Below, one piece after another: positions 56,884 through 64,000 of a DNA stretch of 64,000 nt. The stretch covers positions 52,709 to 116,708 of the forward strand of contig JAKLFM010000003.1 in the NCBI GenBank assembly GCA_022711175.1, in the 5' to 3' direction. The notes below the pieces were generated by a model. It made no database searches. It saw only the letters and a program-made list of their open reading frames with translations, and was not told the DNA's origin. The stretch comes from Bacteroidota bacterium. Lineage in GTDB: Bacteria; Bacteroidota; Bacteroidia; Bacteroidales; UBA4417. The translations under genes and the position numbers were made by a program. The first letter of the stretch is position 1. Every line of letters begins with the position of its first letter.

Positions 56884-56911
56884 AAAAAAAGACCGGCAAT
56901 ACAGCCGGCCT
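56884..56911 (-). terminator. Rho-independent terminator (copy 2 of an identical 28-mer) after pgk
   Basis: The same 28-nt string aaaaaaagaccggcaatacagccggcct as at 55763-55790, located 22 nt downstream of the pgk stop. Confidence 0.65.
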
Positions 56912-56932
56912 CTTTTCATTGCAAGTGTATGA

Positions 56933-58189
56933 CTAGTCTTCGAGTATGGCTTTTACGCCGGGAAGTTCTTTGCCCTCGATGCTTTCAAGCATGGCGCCGC
57001 CGCCGGTTGAAACATAGCTCACTTTGTCAGCCAGTTTGAATTTATTGATAGCTGCCACGGAGTCGCCGCCGCCAATCAGAGAAAAAGCGCCTTTGCCTGT
57101 TGCTTCGGCTACTGCCAGGGCCAGTTCCTTGGTTCCGGTCTGGAAGCTGCACATTTCGAATACCCCCATAGGGCCGTTCCACAAAATGGTTTTCGAATTA
57201 TTGAGCACATCGCTGAACAGTTTGATGCTTTCAGGTCCAATATCCAACCCCATCCATCCGTCGGGAATTTCGTCGGCTTTTACAAGCTGCTTGCTGGCGT
57301 TGTCGGCAAAAGCATCAGCAGCAATGGCATCCACGGGAAGGATGATTTTAACGCCTAATTCCTTTGCACCGGAGAGAATGTTTTTAGCCAGTTCGATAAA
57401 ATCGGGTTCTACCAGCGAGCCGCCTATTTTCCCGCCCTGGGCTTTGATAAAGGTGAACATCATGCCGCCGCCTATGATGAGGTTATCAACCTTGTGGAGC
57501 AGGTTGTTGATGATTTCAATCTTACTCGAAACCTTGGCGCCGCCAAGCACAGCCGTAAACGGACGCTGGGTATCGTGCAGCACTTTCTTAATGCTGGCCA
57601 CTTCGTCGCGCATCAGGTAGCCAAACATTTTATCGTTGGGAAAATATTTGGCAATCAGCGCTGTAGATGCATGAGCGCGGTGTGCTGTACCAAATGCATC
57701 GTTAACATAGCAATCGGCCAGACTTGCCAGCTTTTTGGTGAACTCTTTCTGGGATTCTTTTACTTTGGCTTTGGCAGCTTTCTTTTCTTCTTCGGTTACG
57801 GTATCAGGCAGGTTGGGCTTTCCTTCTTCTTCTTCGTAGAAGCGGAGGTTTTCGAGCAGCAACACTTCACCGGGTTTCAGTGCTGCTGAAAGGTCAACAG
57901 CAGACTGCCCGATACAATCATCAGCAAATTTCACCTGTAAGCCAAGCTTTACGCTGAGGTATGGTAACACGTGAATGAGTGATAGCTTTTTCGACGGTCC
58001 TTTGGGCCTGCCCAGGTGCGACATCAGGATAACCGAGCCGCCCGAAGCCAGGATTTTTTTGATGGAAGGAATAGCGGCATCAATACGGGTTGTATCAGTA
58101 ATGTTGAAGTTTTCGTCCAGCGGAACATTGAAATCAACACGCATGATAGCGCGCTTTCCGGTAAAATTATAATCGTCTATCGTCTTCAT
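56933..58189 (-). CDS. pgk: Phosphoglycerate kinase
   Basis: 418 aa with [30 protein letters not shown] and STGGGA motifs. Confidence 0.95.
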   Translation of the reverse strand: MKTIDDYNFTGKRAIMRVDFNVPLDENFNITDTTRIDAAIPSIKKILASGGSVILMSHLGRPKGPSKKLSLIHVLPYLSVKLGLQVKFADDCIGQSAVDLSAALKPGEVLLLENLRFYEEEEGKPNLPDTVTEEEKKAAKAKVKESQKEFTKKLASLADCYVNDAFGTAHRAHASTALIAKYFPNDKMFGYLMRDEVASIKKVLHDTQRPFTAVLGGAKVSSKIEIINNLLHKVDNLIIGGGMMFTFIKAQGGKIGGSLVEPDFIELAKNILSGAKELGVKIILPVDAIAADAFADNASKQLVKADEIPDGWMGLDIGPESIKLFSDVLNNSKTILWNGPMGVFEMCSFQTGTKELALAVAEATGKGAFSLIGGGDSVAAINKFKLADKVSYVSTGGGAMLESIEGKELPGVKAILED

Positions 58190-58427
58190 ATTAAGTGATT
58201 TATATGTGTGTGCGAAAACATTTTCGGATTGCGAAATTATAAAAATTAAAGCTTCTTTGTCGGGGGACAGGCTTTAAATTATCAGAAACATATATCTCTA
58301 TCGTATTAAATTCAGACTCCCTTTCTAATAAGATAATGGAGTTTATATTAAGATATTCTTAATCAAATCAGGAAACCACAATATTTTTCTTGTAACAGGC
58401 AGGTATCCAAAAGTTTAATCGAAATAA

Positions 58428-59663
58428 TCACTGTATTATTACCTTTTTTATTATCATATTATTTTTTGTTTGTGCTTCTATAAAATATATTCCTGTATTC
58501 AATTGGCTAACATCTAACGTAATTTTGTTCTGGTTGTAAAATTGACCAGATATAAGTCTTCTGCTTTGCACATCATAAACATTAATCGATACTAAACCAT
58601 TTGAAATAACTGATCCTTCAATAGTGATCTCATCTTTTGCGGGATTAGGATATAAATTATAAGAGATTTTTGAGCTTTGAGGTTCAATAATTGTAAATAT
58701 TTCATTTATTGGTCTTCTATACATTATATTTGACCAGGTTCCTATATAAATATAATCACCGATTTTACACATTGATCGGATACTAGCCTCTCCTGTATAG
58801 ATTGTCAAACCTTCATTTAATGCAGTCCAGGTTAATCCTAAATCTTCTGTCTTATGAATTCCTGTTCCATCATGACCAGTAAGAAGTGTAAAATCTGAAG
58901 TCAGGGTTTTCCATATCCAATAATTTGGTGTCGGAATCGCATTCCAGGAAAGACCTAGATCATCAGAACGTAAAATTCCTGCTTCATGTGATGATGCGAA
59001 AATAACATCACCAATATTCGCAAATGAACTTATATACACATATTTGTTAGTGTCTGCATACATTTTAGGTACTCCACGATTTCTGGAAACCCAGGTTTGC
59101 CCGTTATCTTCTGATTCAATTATGCCACCTCCAATGGGTGATCCAGCAAATAACAAGCCTCCACATTCATAGATGCAATCAAGATATAAATTTCCTATGC
59201 CATTATTGATCGGACTCCAGCTCATTCCAAAATCGAGTGATAAAAAAATTCCATTGCCCCATGTGGCCACTAAAACAGAATCGCCCCTTAATATTAATTC
59301 TCCGACGTTGCTTTGAATATTTGCCGGTATTCCTGTCCCGGCACGGCTCCATGTATTCCCATAATCAGTTGATCTAAAAACCCCTGTTCTTGTTCCAAGT
59401 AAAAGAAGACTGTCTTTGATTATTAAATCACGGGTATTAATATCATCTAAACCTAAATTGGTTTCACAAAATGTCACTCCCAAGTCTGTCGATACATATA
59501 TGCCGTTGACAGCAGTACATACAAAAATTTTATCTTCTATAGTTTTAATACTTAATGGGCAACTTGGAAAGATATATACTGGAGACCATTGAGCTACAGA
59601 AATTTTAACAATCACTAAAAGAATAAATGCAACAAAATTTAATTTGAGATTTTTCATGGTCAA
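58428..59663 (-). CDS. BNR/Asp-box repeat beta-propeller protein with T9SS C-terminal domain
   Basis: 411 aa with a signal peptide. Six Asp-box-like SxDxGxTW repeats are visible: STDLGVTF, STDYGNTWS, SLDFGMSWS, SEDNGQTWV, SDDLGLSWN, TEDLGLTWT. The C-terminus (LYPNPAKDEITIEG...GIYFIEAQTKNN...VIIQ) fits a T9SS CTD. Confidence 0.75.
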   Translation of the reverse strand: MTMKNLKLNFVAFILLVIVKISVAQWSPVYIFPSCPLSIKTIEDKIFVCTAVNGIYVSTDLGVTFCETNLGLDDINTRDLIIKDSLLLLGTRTGVFRSTDYGNTWSRAGTGIPANIQSNVGELILRGDSVLVATWGNGIFLSLDFGMSWSPINNGIGNLYLDCIYECGGLLFAGSPIGGGIIESEDNGQTWVSRNRGVPKMYADTNKYVYISSFANIGDVIFASSHEAGILRSDDLGLSWNAIPTPNYWIWKTLTSDFTLLTGHDGTGIHKTEDLGLTWTALNEGLTIYTGEASIRSMCKIGDYIYIGTWSNIMYRRPINEIFTIIEPQSSKISYNLYPNPAKDEITIEGSVISNGLVSINVYDVQSRRLISGQFYNQNKITLDVSQLNTGIYFIEAQTKNNMIIKKVIIQ

Positions 59664-60088
59664 ATTTCTTTAAATTTATTATTATCTGATGATTGAAATT
59701 GAGCTGTTGTTTTTTTTAAAACAGATAGATCAACCAGCTTTTATAATTAATAAATTTGTTTATCTATCCCAATGAAGCTGGTAAATAAATTTTTCTCATC
59801 AACTTACATCTAATGCTGATCCCACTGCATTATTTTACCTTCAAAATAAACATCGTCTTTACTTTTAAACGAAGGAACATGCAATCGTATTACATATCAG
59901 AAAGAAAAATTTTAAGAAATATTTGATATGACAAAACAAATAATCTTGGAGTTTAGTTAGTAGGAGTGATGTTATATGTCCTTTTGATGGATAGGCAAAG
60001 AGCATTTCTTTTAAATTTGATGTGAAAACCACTAAACATAAGATTACCTAATAAATTTCCCTGTATTTAGCCTATAATAATCAATGTT

Positions 60089-60880
60089 ATGAACAGCCTT
60101 ACGGTCACGGTAATACAATCTGACCTTGTTTCGGAAGACAAGCTGAGGAACTTTGAGAAGTTCGGGAAGATCATCTCAAAACTTAAAACCAGACCTGACC
60201 TGATCGTTCTTCCTGAAATGTTTAACACAGGCTTTGTAGTTGACCCACAGCATGTTGCCGAAGAAGCTGAAGGGCAAACCTTTCACTGGCTGAAGTCGAT
60301 GGCACTGAATAACGGAAGTGCAATTACCGGGAGTTATGTTGTAAAAACCGGCAGTGGGTTTTACAACCGGCTTGTATGGATGCGTGCGGATGGGAGTGCT
60401 GAGTTTTATGACAAAAGACATTTATTCAGGTTTGGCGACGAGCACCTTCATTTTTCGCATGGCAAAAACAAGCTTATTGTGGACCTGAAAGGCTGGAAAA
60501 TTTGTCCGCTGATATGCTACGACCTGCGTTTCCCCGTATGGAGCAAAAACCGTTACCTCAGCGGCTCTTATGAATATGACCTGCTGATTTATGTTGCCAG
60601 CTGGCCTGGAAAGCGGAGCTTTGCTTTCAGGCATCTGCTCATCGCCCGGGCTATCGAAAACCAGGCATACGTTATCGGAGTCAATCGGGTGGGAACCGAT
60701 GGAAAGGGAACTCTTCACCAGGGCGACTCGGCGGTGATTGATTTTAAAGGAAAACACATCATTGAAATACCACCCGGTGCCGAAGATGTTGAAACTGTTG
60801 AACTTTCGTATGACAGTCTCCGCGATTACCGTGAAGGTTTCAAGGTTGCTCTTGACTGGGACGACTTTAGCATCGGGTAA
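60089..60880 (+). CDS. Carbon-nitrogen hydrolase (nitrilase superfamily; omega-amidase YafV-like)
   Basis: 263 aa with Glu-Lys-Cys triad contexts: LPEMFNTGF, YDKRHLF and ICPLICYDLRFP. Confidence 0.75.
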   Translation: MNSLTVTVIQSDLVSEDKLRNFEKFGKIISKLKTRPDLIVLPEMFNTGFVVDPQHVAEEAEGQTFHWLKSMALNNGSAITGSYVVKTGSGFYNRLVWMRADGSAEFYDKRHLFRFGDEHLHFSHGKNKLIVDLKGWKICPLICYDLRFPVWSKNRYLSGSYEYDLLIYVASWPGKRSFAFRHLLIARAIENQAYVIGVNRVGTDGKGTLHQGDSAVIDFKGKHIIEIPPGAEDVETVELSYDSLRDYREGFKVALDWDDFSIG

Positions 60881-60956
60881 AATACTTTAAGCAATCAAAT
60901 ATTCCGGACTTTTTCCCGTTCGTTGACGAACAAATTAATTAACACTACTTCCTGTT

Positions 60957-62291
60957 TTGAATCCTGAAATACCATCTATAAGAAGAATCTGGGGAATAGC
61001 CTGGCCGATTATCATAAGCCTGCTAGCCCAGAACATTGTTGGCGTTACTGATACTGCTTTCCTGGGCAGGGTGAGCGAGGTGGCCCTTGGCGCTTCGGCC
61101 ATTGGCGGACTTTTTTATATCATACTGTTTATGATTGGCCACGGCTTTACAACAGGGGTTCAAATTCTCATTGCCAGGCGTTTCGGGGAGAAAAACTATA
61201 AAGAGATAGGCCATATTTTCGACAACAGTTTCTATTTTCTGGCCATAGCGTCAATCATTATCACGGCATTTATCTATTTCCTGGGAGCGGGCATTCTTAA
61301 ACCGGTTGTGTCGTCCGATGCCATTTACCAGGGTGCATCAACCTACCTGAGTTACCGGGTTTTCGGCCTCTTTTTTGCTATGATCGGGCTGTTGTACCGT
61401 GCTTTTTACACGGGTATCGCTTACACGCGTTACCTCAGCATAAGTTCGGCCATCATGGCGGTTGTGAATATTGTACTTGATTATCTTCTCATTTTCGGCA
61501 AAGCCGGTTTCCCGGAAATGGGAATTGCCGGCGCCGCCATTGCTTCGGCTATCTCGGAATTCTGTGCACTGGTATTTTTTGTGATTGTTACACAAAAAAC
61601 ATCGCGGGTTAAGCCGTTTGGGCTTTTCCGGATGCTGAAACCCAATTTTGCCATTATTAAGAGCACATTAGGTATATCGGTTTTCATCATGATACAGTTT
61701 GTGCTTTCACTGAGCGTTTGGTTTGTATTCTTCCTTATTATCGAAAAAATGGGCGAACGGCCCCTGGCAATTTCAAATATTGGCCGGTCGGTGTATATGT
61801 TCCTGATGATCCCCGGCTGGGCATTGTGTTCGGTAACCAATACGCTGGTGAGCAATGCACTGGGCGAAGGCAAACCCTCGCTGGTGCTGCCTATAACTTT
61901 CAGGATCATGAAATTCAGTATGGCGATGTTGCTGAGTATCATTGTAATTGCCGCGCTGGTACCAAAATTTATCCTGGGCGTTTTTACCAATGATGCCGCA
62001 TTGGTACAGGCTGCTATTCCTACGTTTTATGTTATTCTCACAGCCCTTTTCTTTTTCTCACTCATGAGTGTGCTTTTTAATGCAGTGCTGGGCACGGCCA
62101 ATACAAAAGTGACGTTGCTCATCGAGGTGATAACACTTGCTTTTTATGTGTTATATACCTGGTTCATCGCGATTAAGCTTCATCAACCCGTTGAAATTGC
62201 CTGGACCGCCGAATGGATTTATGCCTTTATACTGGGCCTCCTGTCGTTCATCTACCTGAAAAAGGGCAAATGGCAATATAAAAACATCTGA
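60957..62291 (+). CDS. MATE-family efflux transporter
   Basis: 444 aa with about 12 TM helices. The N-terminal IWGIAWPIIISLLAQNIVGVTDTAFLGR is typical of MATE proteins. The start is an apparent TTG. Confidence 0.75.
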   Translation: MNPEIPSIRRIWGIAWPIIISLLAQNIVGVTDTAFLGRVSEVALGASAIGGLFYIILFMIGHGFTTGVQILIARRFGEKNYKEIGHIFDNSFYFLAIASIIITAFIYFLGAGILKPVVSSDAIYQGASTYLSYRVFGLFFAMIGLLYRAFYTGIAYTRYLSISSAIMAVVNIVLDYLLIFGKAGFPEMGIAGAAIASAISEFCALVFFVIVTQKTSRVKPFGLFRMLKPNFAIIKSTLGISVFIMIQFVLSLSVWFVFFLIIEKMGERPLAISNIGRSVYMFLMIPGWALCSVTNTLVSNALGEGKPSLVLPITFRIMKFSMAMLLSIIVIAALVPKFILGVFTNDAALVQAAIPTFYVILTALFFFSLMSVLFNAVLGTANTKVTLLIEVITLAFYVLYTWFIAIKLHQPVEIAWTAEWIYAFILGLLSFIYLKKGKWQYKNI

Positions 62292-62507
62292 CCAGTCCTC
62301 TAAGCATTCTGATCTTGATTCCGGATTCGTCTTCCGGCAGTTCACAACTGTATGATTGCAGCGATATTTCATATGTAATTCTTTGGAAATTATGGATTAT
62401 ATAATCTTTTTGATTCTGATAACCAATGTTTTTTTACTTTTAAGGCTTCTAATAAGAATTTGCCAATTCTGGTTGATGCAATACACTTGTGACTTAACAC
62501 AGTAACG

Positions 62508-63437
62508 ATGTCAGTTGAATGGTTTGTAATTGTGAATCCAAATGCCGGTAAGCGCAAAGGTCAGCATGACTGGCTAACAATAGCCCGATTACTGGAGGAT
62601 GCCGGGATAGAATTCACCAACGTTTTCACCGAACACCGCGGACATGCCATGAAACTGACGCGGAAATATATTGAAAGCGGCTTCCGGAAAATCATTGTAG
62701 TTGGTGGAGACGGCACCCTCAACGAAGTGGTAAACGGCATATTCACACAGGAACATGCCCGGCCGGCTGATATCACCCTGGCTATGATACCGGTAGGAAC
62801 CGGCAACGATTGGTGCCGCATGTTCGAAATACCTTTTAATTATAAGGATTCAATAAAACTCATTGTGCGGGGAAAAGTTTTCCTCCAGGATATCGGTGTA
62901 CTTGAATATGTTTCGAGCGAAGGGCTGAAAAAGAAACGGCATTTTGCCAATATGGCCGGCATGGGTTTCGATGCCCTGGTTGCCAAAAAAACAAACAAAC
63001 AGAAAGATGAGGGTAAAAGCAATCCTTTATCCTATTTTATAAATATCTTTTCAAGCCTTTTTGCTTTTAAAATCACGCGCACAAGCATTACCCTTGACGA
63101 CCGAGAGATACGTTCCGAAATTTTCAGCATGAGCGTGGGAATATGCATGTATAATGGTGGCGGCATGAAGCAAGCCCCCAATGCGGTTGCCGACGACGGC
63201 CTTTTCGACCTCACCATAATCCGGTCAATCGGCAAATTTAAAGTTATCAGGAATGTACTGAAACTGCTCGACGGCTCTTTTACCCGCCTTCCCGAAGTAA
63301 GCACGTTTAAATCGGCTTTTATAGCAATTGATTCAGAACCTCCGCTCTATGTTGAAGTTGACGGCGAATCGCTCGGCCATTCGCCTTTTGAATTCAACAT
63401 CAAAAAACAGAGCCTCCATATCATTACCGGAAAATAA
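62508..63437 (+). CDS. Diacylglycerol/lipid kinase family protein (YegS/BmrU-like)
   Basis: 309 aa with the DAGK catalytic-domain motif IIVVGGDGTLNEVVNG and the IPVGTGNDW context. Confidence 0.8.
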   Translation: MSVEWFVIVNPNAGKRKGQHDWLTIARLLEDAGIEFTNVFTEHRGHAMKLTRKYIESGFRKIIVVGGDGTLNEVVNGIFTQEHARPADITLAMIPVGTGNDWCRMFEIPFNYKDSIKLIVRGKVFLQDIGVLEYVSSEGLKKKRHFANMAGMGFDALVAKKTNKQKDEGKSNPLSYFINIFSSLFAFKITRTSITLDDREIRSEIFSMSVGICMYNGGGMKQAPNAVADDGLFDLTIIRSIGKFKVIRNVLKLLDGSFTRLPEVSTFKSAFIAIDSEPPLYVEVDGESLGHSPFEFNIKKQSLHIITGK

Positions 63438-63564
63438 TTATTGGTCAGCACTTTATCTTCTTGATTTTCAATAAATCTCCTGAAATCGCTCGCTTTTAAC
63501 AACTCTTTAACAGCATTGTTGCCGGTATTCAATAGCTTGTAACTAATTTTGCATCAAGATTACC

Positions 63565-64000
63565 ATGAACATGAGGCAAGGAAAGCGTAAGTATATATCA
63601 TCCTTTGTTGCTGCCAGTCTTGCAATTCTGTTGGTTACCGGACTTACAGGAATTTCGGTGCATGTTCATTACTGTCATGGAAACAGGTCGTCAGTCCATT
63701 TTTTTCCGGAACTTATCAGTGAAAACAGTACCTGCAAATGTGAAACAGAGGAAACTGATCAATGCCATACAGCAGGTAAGGATGCACATTCGATCAAACA
63801 AAAACCATGCTGTACTGATTTGCGTTATTTCAAGAAGTTAGTTTTGGATACCAACATCCAGTTTTCGGCATCTTCCGCCAAAGACATTTATACCCTGCCG
63901 GTGAAACTGCTGCCTGTTCAGGTACAAAATCATGCTGCGCTATACAAAATCTGTACAAGGCCGCCACCTGACCGGCATTGTACCTCAGGCAAAAACCGTA
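63565..64000 (+). CDS. Partial ORF (3' end outside the window): small membrane-anchored Cys/His-rich protein, probably the HYC_CC_PP family
   Basis: This ORF is not in the supplied track because it runs off the window. I translated it by hand from ATG 63565. The product begins MNMRQGKRKYISSFVAASLAILLVTGLTGISVHVHYCHGNRS... and continues ...CKCETEETDQCH...KPCCTDLRYFKK...CTRPPPDRHC, with no stop through 64000. It has one N-terminal TM helix. Confidence 0.55.
   Translation, partial: MNMRQGKRKYISSFVAASLAILLVTGLTGISVHVHYCHGNRSSVHFFPELISENSTCKCETEETDQCHTAGKDAHSIKQKPCCTDLRYFKKLVLDTNIQFSASSAKDIYTLPVKLLPVQVQNHAALYKICTRPPPDRHCTSGKNR

Noticed and set aside
57024-57620. 198-aa plus-strand ORF antisense to pgk, and the 131-aa ORF at 57494-57889.
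   Set aside because: The minus strand encodes an unmistakable phosphoglycerate kinase. The antisense translations are low-complexity (Ser/Pro/Leu-rich) shadow ORFs.
58200-60088. The low-GC islet, considered as a mobile element (IS, integrative element or prophage remnant).
   Set aside because: I found no transposase, integrase, recombinase, terminal inverted repeat or flanking tRNA by eye. It is reported only as a compositional anomaly, not as a mobile element.

Overview
This 64-kb window looks like a chromosomal segment of a Bacteroidota genome. Three things support that. The Bacteroidota -7 promoter motif TAnnTTTG recurs 20-70 nt upstream of many start codons. At least five proteins end in type IX secretion (T9SS) C-terminal sorting domains. 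The housekeeping gene content also fits the phylum. I hand-counted GC on sampled 60-nt lines and got about 45-47% for most of the window.

Coding density is high, with about 48 CDS, one tRNA-Arg(CCT), and no rRNA, CRISPR array, transposase or integrase that I could see.

The window is rich in secreted or periplasmic peptidases:
- two gingipain-family C25 peptidases
- one M64 peptidase
- one M49-like dipeptidyl-peptidase III
- two S46 dipeptidyl-peptidases

It also carries amino-acid catabolism and fermentation genes: tryptophanase/tyrosine phenol-lyase, ptb-buk, L-serine dehydratase, and a biotin-less carboxyltransferase. This suggests a proteolytic, amino-acid-fermenting lifestyle similar to Porphyromonas.

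The most interesting locus is at the 5' end (11-10667). Two large C25 peptidases are followed directly by a secreted Porphyromonas-type peptidylarginine deiminase (PPAD-like). All three carry signal peptides and T9SS C-terminal domains.

Other notable points:
- a perfect-period 93-bp tandem repeat inside the N-terminal extension of an RluB-like pseudouridine synthase
- a low-GC islet (about 58.2-60.1 kb) encoding a BNR/Asp-box T9SS cargo protein
- an inverted pair of S46 paralogs, both with the DPP7-type Gly at the S1 determinant
- an M49-like peptidase with a pentapeptide HEVAH zinc motif
- a duplicated identical 28-nt terminator
- a partial ORF at the 3' edge that is absent from the ORF track and carries HYC / CC / PPP motifs

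All functional calls come from motif recognition and memory of protein families. No database search was run.
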